The notes beneath the pieces were generated by a model, which saw only the letters and a list, made by a program, of their open reading frames with translations, was not told the DNA's origin and did no database searches. From Paramecium tetraurelia (lineage: Eukaryota), in NCBI GenBank assembly GCA_000165425.1, contig CT868207.1:744001-808000 (forward strand): 64,000 nucleotides of DNA. The letters are read 5' to 3'. Shown one piece after another: positions 25,935 to 37,953 of the stretch; position 1 is the stretch's first letter, and each line of letters starts with the position of its first letter. Made by a program: the position numbers and the translations under genes.

Positions 25935-26264
25935 ATGGGAAGAACAGGAATTGCAGTTGGTTTAAATAGAGGATTCATTACATCTTCATTAACAAAGAAA
26001 TAATTAAGAAGAAGACCTTCTTAAAGAAAGGGAACTTTGGGTAAGAGAGTCTTACAAGTGAGAAAGATCATCTAAGAAGTAGCAGGTCTGAGCCCATATG
26101 AAAAGAGAATTATTGAATTGTTCAAAACAAATCAACCAAAAGATTTAAAGAAGGCAGGAAAATTAGCAGCTAAGAGATTGGGTACAAATAGAAGAGGAAA
26201 AAGAAAGATTGAACTTATCTAAAACCTCTATAGAGCCATGAGAAAGTAACAATAAAAACATTGA
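25935..26264 (+). CDS. RPL36: 60S ribosomal protein L36 (eL36), intronless
   Basis: [39 protein letters not shown]. Confidence 0.97.
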
Positions 26265-26403
26265 AATATTACATACATTATTCCAAATATAGTCAATCTG
26301 ATTTCTTTCGCTTTCTTAAGCATAATAGCCATCCATAATTTAATTAATTTATACATAATTATTTTTATATACTTTCTAAAGAGAAGTTGTAAAATGATAA
26401 TAT

Positions 26404-28735
26404 TCAATTATGTGAATCATGGATGGCAATATTTTTTTTTACTGCATATTTTTTATAAATTTCTATTAAATCTTCATATGCGGGAGCATTAAACATCTCA
26501 GGTTGCATCATACTTAAAGTGAAATCAAGTACTTTTTTCTTTTTATTTTTTTCTTGAATATAATTTTGAGCATATTATTAACATTTTTATTTCTTTTCTT
26601 TAATGAAATCATCCATTATCTATAATAATAAAATACTATCAAAAAATAAATGATAATTTTATACTTATCAATATGATATTGTCTCTTTTTTATTTGACTA
26701 TGTTTATTAATCAATTCAAGAATAATAGCTTAGCCATTCTTATTCAACAATCTCCATAATCTATCTCTATATGCCTTGTGTTTCTATTTCAAGTTTTTAA
26801 ACACTCTCTTAACATAGTTCACTTTTTCAACAAAATAATGATGTTTTTACAAACATTATATGTATAAGTGAGTGGTATGTAGAAATTATAGGATAAGTTT
26901 AATAGCTCTTACTTTTGAGAATCCCCTTAGTTGTTAAGTAAAGATTTTGACTGATAAACACATTTTGAATTTGCTTCTATCTTCAACTGTTGCACCCATC
27001 CCTTTTATTTTTATCATAGTTATAGTCTTGTATTGCCAAACTATCAAACGTCCCTTTGCTAAATATTTATTATGTAATTTCATTTTCTATGATAATGTAA
27101 TAAACAATTACATCTAACATTTCTTTCATTTAAGCAGCATACTAAGCAATCTTAATTAATTCAAACCAAATAATTTGATTGCGTATTTTCAATTTTTATT
27201 AAATTTCTATCTGTTTTTGAATGTTTCTTATTTCTTTTAAAGATTCATTTGCTTTTAATTTGCTGATTATGTCCATCTTTTTATCTTCATAAATCACTCT
27301 TTTTCTTTCTCCTGCCTGCAAGATTCTTTATTTTAGTAATCTTTAACTTATCTTAATCTTTTATTCAATTTCTTTTAATTAAAATATAATGTTACAATCT
27401 TTTTAATATTGTTTCGTATTTAAATTGTTAGCTATTTTATCCATCTGAATTTAATCTAATCTTGGAGTATTCAAAGAATATAATTCTATTAAACATTATA
27501 ATAATTTTTAATACTTGATTTATATTTATCCGAATCTAATTCTTCCTTTATTGTCTTTACTTTTTTCTTAAAATAATGACCAAAAATAAAGTTTATTGCT
27601 ATAAGACAATCCTCTTCTGAATACATTGAAATATATAAATTCTTCATATGAAAAGTATCCCTCTATTGTTAATCTGCAAATTTAAAATATTTAGACTATA
27701 TTGCTTATTCACAATTAAAACTAGTGGGAAATTGAGCCACCGTAGATATATACATCTTAAAGGTTTATAATTTCGAATTTTCACTTCTGACATAAGCTTA
27801 TAATGGACTTTCCCTATCATAAATTCTCACATAAAAATAATTGAACCTGAATCTTGTTATTTAAATTATGCTTGTTTGATTAGATTTCAACTCTTATAAA
27901 GTTAAAGAACCATCATGTTTTATATCGATTTGCTTTTTTAATTCTGCAACACTCCCAATTGGTGATAATTAGGGAGTGAATTCAACAATATGTTCTATAG
28001 GATCTGATTATTATATTAAATCATAGTTTCTTGAGAAATTTTCCATCATTCTGTGTATTTAACTCCTTGAACTTAATATTTTTTTCTCTAATCCGTTACA
28101 TTCTGATGTTTTTCTATTTGTGGGAGATTGCAAACTGAGAAAAGAATTAACATTAGAACTGTTTTATTAAAATTCCACATTGCTATGATGTCTGTTATGA
28201 CTTGTTGCAGAATCATAAAATAATTACATGCCAGATTATTCTTTAAAATTCATATTATTCAATTTTTATATTAAATTATTATTGAAACATATAATCAAGA
28301 GAGTATCCTACTTTGTATTTAACTTTGAGTTCCTCGAATGCTAAATTAGGCTGATCTCTCTGTTTTATTTATTTATTCGTTGTAAGATAGATTCCTTGCC
28401 CTTGATATGCAGCTAATTAGCTAAATGTTATCAATAAGCCTATGAGCAGAGAAATTTTATTCCTTAGTTTTTGATTGAGCTATTTATAATTCAGGCCTTA
28501 TTAAGGGTAAATGTAATTGGTGTAAAAGCAAGTCTTAATTCTTCCTTTTTTATTTTAATTGTTCCTATTTAAATAAAATTGTTGGTTTAGCATCAATTGA
28601 TCTTAACTTGAATTTTTACTAAGAGTTCTTACTTAATATTTTAGATTTTTCTGATTTTAAAGGTTCAGTTATAGGAGGTAATAAAAAGAAGTTATAGGCT
28701 CCTGTCTCTATGGTTTAAACTCCTTAATTTCTCAT
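26404..28735 (-). CDS. Hypothetical protein (~750 aa, coiled-coil C-terminal half)
   Basis: ATG 28735 (MRNQGVQTIETGAY...), long spliced code-6 frame ending ...IAIHDSHN*. Confidence 0.65.
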
Positions 28736-28874
28736 TAATTAAATTAAAACAATACAATACACCAAAATAATCATAACCAATTTGCTCCAATCTCGCATAT
28801 TCAAATTAAACCATAACTTATTTAATCATTTTCCTTAAATAAAAGTCTATTATTATAATATATAAGTTATCTTA

Positions 28875-30591
28875 ATGAGTGCAAAGGTGGTTGAAAATTA
28901 TTCCCTCTTGGAAGTAATTGGTTCTGGTTAATATGGTAAAGTCTATAAGGCTGTCAATATCAAGAATAACAGTCTCGTGGCAGTGAAAGTTGTCAAAATA
29001 GAAAAATTTAAAGAAGTTCCTAAACTAGAAGAATTTACAATGAATGAAATTCAAACCCTAGCAAGAATTAATAATCCTCATGTAGTCAAATTCATTGAAA
29101 TGTTAAAGAGTTCTCGCAATTATTATTTTGTCTACGAATATTGTAATGGCTCAACTCTTGAAGCAATTATATAAGAATAAGGGTAAAAATTCAGTATAAA
29201 AACCTTAGAGTGTAAACAGAAAAAGAAGCCCTATATTACTTTAGACAATTGGTCCAAGCCTTCTAATCATTGGTCTCTGAAAATATAATGCATAGGGATT
29301 TGAAGCCAAGTAATATTATGTTGCATAATGGTTCAATAAAATTGGGTGATTTTGGATTTTGCAAAGCATTGAATACTGCTTAGGATTTATCAACAACAAT
29401 GGTCGGATCACCAATCTATATGGCACCAGAAATTTTGAAAGGATAAGAGTATACAATTAAAGCAGATATTTGGTCTTTGGGTTGTGTATTATATGAATTG
29501 CTTTATGGAATCTGTCCATTTGAAGAAAAAACGATGGCATAATTAATGCTAGCAGTTGAAGAAAGAGAAATATCATTTTTGGACAATGTTAATGTTGTAT
29601 CTCAAACGACTAAAGATTTACTATTGAAAATGTTAACAAAAGATTATAATAAAAGGATCAATTGGAAAGACTTATTTGAAAGGGAACTTACTTATGCTGA
29701 AAGTAATGCTTTACTTAATTATTTAGGAATTAAAAATACAGAATAACAACCAAATTAAATTTAATAAGAGTTGACTTTAAATTCATAGAGAAATAAGGAA
29801 TCTAAAGCCTTTAAATATTTATTAATGGAAAGAAATAAGATATTTTATCTATACAAAGTTGTAGAAGAAGTATTGGAATTGAGTAAAGATGAAGTATTTT
29901 TAATTATTAGTAATTTAGAGAGATGAATAGAGAGAATCACAAAGTGTATATTGTGGATATTTACTTATGAAATATATTTGTTATTTGATAGAAATGATTA
30001 GGATGAATTTAGTAGAAAAATTCAATGTCTCAGCCTTCCCCCATTTAGCTAAAAAACACGAGTTATAAAACGATATTACTAAAACATTTGAATATAAAAG
30101 CTTTTGTACTTTAATTCAAAAAGAAGTTGAAACAGCCAGAAAAATGTTTAAACATTATTAAGAAGAAGCTGATAAGTTTTTCAAATCCTAAACTAATGGA
30201 TAACATATTTATTAAGGAACTGAATTTGCCCATTTTGAAAATGAATTACAGAGAGAGTTAAGTACATCTGAAATTTCAATAACCTTTATGAAAAAGCTAG
30301 TGTTAAAATATTGTGAGGATATGAAAAGTCAATTTTTACAGTAATTCTTAGACAAAAATCCATAAAGTGGAAGCAAGTAACATTTATATTTATATTAGAT
30401 AATTATTACATATAGAAAAAACATTGGAATCATTGATTTTAGATGAATTTTTTGAAAATTGTATGGACATTTAATAAATCGATTTAGAACAATAGAATTA
30501 TTTTGCTATTCTAAATAAATATACGAAAGCTGATTTATTGTAAGTTATTACAAACAAGATGGATTATATTAGACATAAATTATATAAATGA
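28875..30591 (+). CDS. Ser/Thr protein kinase, ULK/ATG1-like (intact catalytic motifs)
   Basis: IGSGQYGKVY, VAVK, HRDLKPSN, DFG, VGSPIYMAPE, DIWSLG. Confidence 0.93.
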
Positions 30592-30925
30592 TTATATTAA
30601 AATGTTAGATAAAAAACATTAATTGTTTTATTTTTTAATATAAAATTACAATTTATTTCAATGAAGTACTTATGGTCTAATTCAATATTAACTCCAATTT
30701 AAAAATTCCAAATTACATACTATATATCTGAATACAAGATATAGAATTAAGTATGTAACTAGAAATTATGAGTTGAAAATTTCGAAAATGTTCTAAAAGT
30801 AAAAAATTGCCAACTTCTTGTTAGGTATTAGAGTGTTTTTTAAGCATTTTTCAAAGTTGAAGCATAGAAACTTAATTATAATAATAGATTGAGATAAAAA
30901 AAAATAGATAATCAAAATATGACTT

Positions 30926-31177
30926 TCAGAGAATGTGACAGTCAATTGCTTTATTAGATTATCTTCTATTAAAAAATTTATTTCTTTCCAACCCAAAATC
31001 ATCTTTAGGAGTTTGATTATTTTGAGATCTGTATTCTTCTTGTTTTTTTCTAGGATCAGTACAAAATTTTAATTCAATTTTCCTTAAGTAGTTTATAATA
31101 GACTGAATTTTAGGATTAGGTCGATGATAAATTTCTAATTCTATAGAGTCAAGACTTGAATTCAATTCTTCTGTCAT
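30926..31177 (-). CDS. Small (83 aa) CaaX-box protein, G-gamma-like pattern
   Basis: Intronless. Code-6 read-through of TAA extends the listed ORF to ...RRQSNKAIDCHIL*. Confidence 0.7.
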
Positions 31178-31350
31178 TCAATTATTTTTAAGATTATTAA
31201 TCATTTATCAATCGAAATCATTTCATAACAAATACTCATCTTAATCATATAGAAATCTAAATGATGTTAATTGTCTAATATTTATACAAATTAGAAAATA
31301 TTGTTATTAATTACATAAAAATAAGGTATCAGCCCAATATTAATTAAATA

Positions 31351-31807
31351 TCATTTATTTTTTCTTCCTATAGATTTTGCCATTCTTCTTAATTTTCTTA
31401 ATTTTGAATTTACCTTACTGATTCTTTATTATCTTTGTTAGATCTTTTAAAATGTGTTTTTTGTTGTTTGTTTCTCTTAATCATATTCTAAAAATTGGCC
31501 AATCAAATCACTCTAATTTTTCTTTTTCTCTTTGATATCATAATTATCTATAAATTACCATAATTATTACCCATTCCATCAACATAAGTTCCCACTCAAA
31601 AATACTTAGGCATGGTTTTAAAGTCACTTGATTTAATTGGTTATTTTGGATCTAAGTATTTCTTCAACTTCATTATTAAAAATTCTTATTTCGTAGTTTC
31701 ATCTNNNNNNNNNNNNNNNNNNNNNNNNNNNNNNNNNNNNNNNNNNNNNNNNNNNNNNNNNNNNNNTATTTCAGATTTAATAGCTATTCTAATTATTCTT
31801 ATCTCAT
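31351..31807 (-). pseudogene. FCF2: FCF2 (DNTTIP2 C-terminal-like) pre-rRNA processing factor with an in-frame TGA, spanning an assembly gap
   Basis: LIMKLKKYLDPKQPIKSSDFKTMPKYF*VGTYVDG...SDLIGQFLEYD. TGA at 31598-31596 replaces the Q of PKYFQ(V/I)GT. Confidence 0.7.
31705..31766. other. Assembly gap (62 N)
   Basis: Run of n. Confidence 1.
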
Positions 31808-32254
31808 ATTAAAACACTTTTAAAAATTAAATAATAAATATTTATTTACTCATCATAGTAAATCTAAATTATTAATGACTAATGAGTTAAATAGATGACA
31901 ATACTCAATCAGCTTATAATATATATCTATTATCTTCATTATAAAGTCTTAACAATAACTTAATATTATTTAATTAAGTTGAGAAATCACTTTGCACTAT
32001 ATAAGCTAACTTAGAAATAGTTCTTCAATGTATTTTATTATCCTTTTTGGTACTATATAGTATTATGAATATTTGCCAATAGAAATGAGTCACAATAATT
32101 GTTTCTACTTATGAGAATAAAATTGATATTTACTTAAAATAGACTTCACAATTTTTTATTTGAAAACTCTAGTAGGATCATCATAAAACATAATTTATTA
32201 AATACGTTTATTTTGACTCCTATTGTATATAATTTTATAATTAAATTTATTAAA

Positions 32255-33806
32255 ATGAGAAGTACAATTAAGCCTTTACCATAAATTAATAATAGACCAT
32301 CAATTGATGAGGAGGATTCTTACCCTGGGCGATTGCACACTATTTAGAGAAAGTTGAAATTTGGAAGCAACACCTATATCATTAGTAGTAATACTACTGT
32401 TTCAGAATCTTTAAATAAAAAATAGAAATAAACCCCTGTGACTGAGTCATAATTATTAAGACAAATTGATACAAAGCTAGAAATGCATAAGAAAGACATT
32501 GAATAAAGAAATGATATGATTATATCAATTGAAAAAGGCTTTGAGTCAATGAAATAAGAGTTAGTTAAAGAAAAAATCTAAAATGAAGAGAAATCTAAAT
32601 AACTCTAAGAATTATAGGCTAGCTATTAAGCAATATAATTAAGATTAAAGTAGGCAGGTGATTCATCTAAAGTAAATTTATAAGCTGAAAAAGATAGAGA
32701 GAAAATTAATTCGTTAGAAATTAGTATTAAATAAGCGTAGGCAAAAGAATAAGAATTATTACAGTAAATAGAATCTTTAAATTAATAAATATCTCAGTAT
32801 TAAGAAAAATTAAAAAGTAAAGAAGAAAGTAATGAAGAATTTAAGAAGTTAAAAGATCAACTTCATAAAGCTGAAGTATTAAATTAATGTTAATATTTAA
32901 GGATTTGTAAAGTAAAATGGAACATTAAATTACTGACATCTAAAAAAATATCGAGAAGGAGGTTAATGAAAAAAACAATATAAAGAAATAATATGATTAA
33001 TATAGGAATGATAGTTAATTAAAAGAATAGACTTTGAATAAAGAGATATCAGCTTCATTGATATAAATCAAATAATTAGAATAAGAAAAGCTTGCAATCA
33101 TGGAAAATTTAAAGAAATCTAAAGATCAAAATGATCAAAATTCGAAATTAAATGAACAAATTTTAAGTTTGAAATTATAACTTTCCGAATTATCTAAAAC
33201 AAAAGATGTATGATTATTAACTATGTAGAAAGAAATTAGTTAATTGAGACAAAAAATTGATGAATAATCCAAAAATTCCATAGAATTAAATAGTCAACTT
33301 GAAAAATTAAAGCAAAGACAACAAGAATTATAATAATAGTTACAGGATAAATTATAATAATTAGAATCATTAAGAAATCAAAAATAACTGCTAGACTAGC
33401 AAAATCAAAACAATTAATCTGATATAAATAATTTGAATACGTAATTAGAATCATTGAAAGAACAGTTATCAAAACCCAAAAATACAAAATAAATTACAGA
33501 CACAATTACATTATTAGAAAAAACTGATGTATTAATATTCTTATTAATATTTCTTAGAAAGATATATAAAAGAATTTATCATGTACATTTTGTAACAAAT
33601 TCATCAAGTAACCTGTTACTATAATTCCATGTGGGCATTCTTATTGTTTTGAATGCAAAAAAGGATATAATAAAGAATGTTTTAAGTGCGGACCTAAATT
33701 AAAAATTGAAGCAATGTATAGAAATGAATTACTTGATGATATTATTGCAATGGTTAAATTAATTGAATAAAGCATCAACAGCATGAAATAAGTTACTAAA
33801 TAATGA
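32255..33806 (+). CDS. Coiled-coil protein with a C-terminal RING finger (putative E3 ligase)
   Basis: LSCTFCNKFIKQPVTIIPCGHSYCFECKKGYNKECFKC, long E/Q/K heptads upstream. Confidence 0.85.
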
Positions 33807-33829
33807 TAGCGCATATATCATATTACAAT

Positions 33830-34259
33830 CAAATAAGCAGTTCTAGCAAATGTTTTTTGTAATTTATTATATTAATTATTCTGATGTTGTTCAGTTTTAG
33901 ATCTTTTCTTTTTTGTTTCTTTTTTTTATGCAATTTCAGGAAATTGACAAAAATATTCTTATTCTAATTATTTTTATGTAATTTTGTTTAATAGTTAGGC
34001 TGTTAGTACCTTTTAATTATCTGGCATCATTTTAGCCTTTATCATTTCAGGTTTAATGAGATGATCTAATTCTTTAATTGAAATATTTCTATGTTTGGGT
34101 TTCTAAAGAATTACTTAATATAAGTACTGATTTTGGCAATTATTCTTTATGATTTGAAAATAAACCTAGTTTAATTCTATATTTATTTAAATAAAGTTGT
34201 TTAAATTTTGTTTTAGAAGGATTTTCTACTTATTCCCAACTTAAATTATTTATTGACAT
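33830..34259 (-). CDS. Short hypothetical basic protein
   Basis: ATG 34259 (MSINNLSWEQ...), one 25-nt intron. 3' end uncertain. Confidence 0.45.
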
Positions 34260-34660
34260 TTAATAAATTGCTTTAATTTATTTATTAATTAAATTCATAA
34301 AATTTTGTCAAGCCATTTTATCATTTAAGAGGATTTTCCTTTAAAACTGGAATAATAAATACATATTGTAAATAGGGTGAGACTGAATTAAAGGATCTAA
34401 AACAAATTGGAGATTAATAAGTAATTAAGGGAAAATGAATTCTAGATAAAAAATATGTATAAAATCATATTCTAGAGATGAAAAAATTAATCTTCAATTA
34501 GATTGGAATGGTAGACTAGGTAAGAGATCTTAAGGAATTATTCTTTACACCTCAAATAATACCAGGACATAAGATTATATTTTGATTCAATATTTCATGT
34601 CTCTTATAACTGTATTATAGGATTTTATAATGATTTTTTTTTAATTTTACTAATGATATT

Positions 34661-35447
34661 TCAATATGTTTTTTTAATTCTCTCCGCATTTTTAGGAGAA
34701 TCATAAATAGTTGGAGGGCGACGCATCTCATGTTGGAAATGATTATATTCAAATGTTCTATTTGATCTTCTTGTATATGCTAACTCCATGAGGAAATCAA
34801 ACATATCGTCCTAAAGATTTGAGTTTATGAATTACAGTGCAAGCATATGCTGCTTCATAAAACATTGCATAGCATGGATATACTTTGGCTCTTTTCAAAT
34901 AATCGGCTTCAGTCTTATCCATTTTAAAATGCTCAGCTTAATCACAATCAAACCACTTCTAAAATCTTAAAGCACATAAAGTAAAGTAATCTTATTGTGA
35001 TTGATATGTTGGATAAGGAACATACACTTTTTATTTAGGTGGTAATCCAACTTGGAAACAATTAGTTCTTCCTGTTGGAGTAGTACCTCTGAAGGGAAAC
35101 AAACAATCTTCCAAAGCCCCTAAATTGGATTAAAAAATTATGAATTACATCCTTCAAACAGAATAGTATAAACATCGTCTGGCTCCATCAAAGAGTATTT
35201 ATTTGCGGTGGTGTCAAAGTAAAAACACTAGAATTGTAAAATTGTATACTTTTGTATATAATCTGAACCAATCCTTTAATTAATCTTTTTCCCATACTGC
35301 ATCAGTTCTTAATACAAAATCTTTCTCGTAATCTTTCCAATTGATTCCTTTAATTTAATTGCTGAATACCTTTATGGGAAAAGTCATAATTTGGAGGCAT
35401 TTTGTGGAAGTCTTTGGGCAATGTCTCTAACAAAGGTTAAGTGGCCA
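34661..35447 (-). CDS. CX9C/CX10C protein, COX6B-like (cytochrome c oxidase subunit 6B) with a long N-terminal extension
   Basis: Clean 4-intron model. YPTYQSQQDYFTL-C-ALRFQKWFD-C (CX9C) ... YP-C-YAMFYEAAYA-C (CX10C), the COX6B Cys spacing. Confidence 0.65.
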
Positions 35448-35619
35448 TTTTATATGTTTAATTAATTTATTAACAAAAATTATATATGATTCATACAATG
35501 GATAAAATTAAATGAGGAATCTTTATTGTGTTTATACACTATTTAAAGTTATCCTGATATTAAATATCTACTAATAATAATAAATTAAGATATCCAATAT
35601 AATAGTAAAATTAGAATTA

Positions 35620-36928
35620 ATGACTAATTACATGGATCCTGAAGAAGATTAAGAAATTATTGATTCCATTCTGAATGGTACCATTTAGTAAATAGAATTA
35701 CAGCTCTTGAAAGTGATGAAGAGAGATCGTTTTCACCATCAATGACAAGATCTGAAACCAACAGGACTTATTCTCCTTAAATAATGCGATAGTAACAGTA
35801 ATCTACTTTCAGCTAAATAGATATTCAATAAAGAAAATTTAAAGTCCAATTATTGGATTTAAACTAGACTGTTGGGCAATACAACCATTTTCATTGGATG
35901 AAGATTCTTACCTTGATGGAGATTTAGTATTACATTGACATAGCTTAGATTCTTAAATGCAAAGACCAATAAAATAGCAGAAAAATCTAGAGCCTCTTTG
36001 AAAAAGGAGATGACGAATAAAAAGAATATATATTTTTTTAAATATTACCAGGTATAGTCTAATTGGCCAATGATATCTTTGGGAATTATGTTGTACAAAG
36101 AATTTTAGAATAAGGCAATGAAAAACAAAGATAGTTAATCTTTGATCAACTAGCTTAATCTATTTTATTATTAAGTTACAATACTTATGGATGTAGAGTG
36201 GCTCAGAAATTATTAGAAATTTCTTATAATACTGATAAATTCGAATAGATGTTTTCTATTCTTTAATCCTAAATAAGAAATCTTGTTGTAGATATCAACG
36301 GAAATCATGTTATATAAAAAATAGCAGAATTGATGAAATCATAGAAAATCGATTGGCTTATTGAAGGAGTTCTAGGGTAGATTTAAAAGCTGTCTAATGA
36401 CTCTCATGGTTGCAGATTGATTTAATAAATTTTAGAATAGTCAGCTACTCCATAGGTATATCTATTACTTAATATTATTATATTATTTAAACAGCATATA
36501 TAAAGAATTATTAGATTTATAGGATGAATTATGTTTATCTCAATATGGAAATTATATGATTTAGATTTTGCTATAGAAAGGACCATTTGAGGTTGTTTAG
36601 TAGATATAAAGCACCATTATTAATGATTTAGAAAAACTTAGTTGTGATAAATTTGGAAGGTAAATATGGCTGTCATTAAAATAGTAATGTGGTTGATAAA
36701 AGTGTCAATATTTCTTCTTTTATGAGGAAAGAGATCTTGAAAGTGTTCATAAACAATATGAATATTTTTTATAGGTTATCAAACAATTGTTATGGGAATT
36801 ATGTCATCTAAAATTTTTGTAAATAACTTGATTATAGTTAATTATTAAAAATACATCCAGAAAGTAATTCGCTTAATACTTAATTTGGCTAACATGTACT
36901 TTAAACCTTATAAAAATTAAAAAATTGA
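35620..36928 (+). CDS. Pumilio/PUF RNA-binding protein with canonical repeats
   Basis: DIFGNYVVQRILE, TYGCRVAQKLLE, INGNHVIQKI, SHGCRLIQQILE, QYGNYMIQ, KFGSNVVDK, CYGNYVIQ, FGQHVL. Confidence 0.93.
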
Positions 36929-37067
36929 TTTGATAAATAAGATAATATTAATAATCCAAGAAATATTGTAAAGAGCAAATGGATTATAAATATTATTTTT
37001 TGTATATATTGTAAATATATAAATCTTAGTATTATTATTATATATATTATCGAATATTTTTTAAGAA

Positions 37068-37868
37068 ATGGGGAAAGATAAAGCTAAAGATAAATAAGTA
37101 TAGTATTAAGTTTATTCGATTAGAGATCATCAAGCAAGGATAAAAAGAAGGAAAAAAAGGTGAAGAAGGAGAAGAAAGATAAAAAAGAAAAGCACATAAA
37201 AAAAGAAAAATAATAAAAGAATGATATCATAAAGAAGAAACCAAGAAAGAATTAATGGGGCAAATATGGGACTATCAGGTTTAGTATTTTTAATATTAAA
37301 GTAATACAGATATGTATATAAAACGTGAAGAGTTTTTAATGTGGTTATCAGATGTCAAAATGCTAAATGTAGAGGCAATTACACCTCAAGAAGAAAAGAA
37401 ATATTTTGAAGAGTATGTGGAGTGCTATAACACAGCAACGTTTCCATCTTAAAAATTCTATAATTTTAAAGCATGGTTTGAAAAGGAACAACTTAAAGAA
37501 AAAATACAATAAGCTGAATTAGAAATGCAAACTTTTGATGACGAAAAAGAAAAACAGTATTAAACTATTTCTATCTTAGGAAGGAATATTAGGAATAAAA
37601 AGAATTGATAAAAAAGTAAAAATTATAAAGAGAATATTAACATTTACATGAATTTCAGAATATTGTAATTAAATTATTATTTATTAAGGCGCAAGACATG
37701 CAGAAATAGAAGCAAATTTAAGATCTCGTTAGACATTACAATTCAATAGGTAATCATGAGGTTGCCTTGAGATACTACAAATAATTAAATCCAATTCATA
37801 CTATTGATGCTCCTCAAATGTAATAGCAACCTCCTATGGAGTATGATTATGAATATGAAAACTTCTGA
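37068..37868 (+). CDS. Uncharacterised Lys-rich protein, probably nuclear and conserved in eukaryotes
   Basis: K-rich N-terminus, then WGKYGTI..TDMYIKREEFLMWLSDVK...FEEYVECYNTATFPSQKFYN, a motif block I recall from plant and fungal uncharacterised proteins. Confidence 0.75.
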
Positions 37869-37953
37869 TCTAATCAATATGATTTACATAAACAATAATA
37901 ATTAATATTTAATATGTGTAGCTGTTAATTTATATAAATAATTTGAATATTAA

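Noticed and set aside
31596..31598. Genome-wide reassignment of TGA (Trp/Cys/Sec)
   Set aside because: TGA terminates every conserved gene in the window. The aligned residue here is Gln, and no SECIS-like hairpin was evident.
31860..32200. Possible small minus-strand gene
   Set aside because: Open frames of this length are expected by chance with one stop codon, and no motif was found
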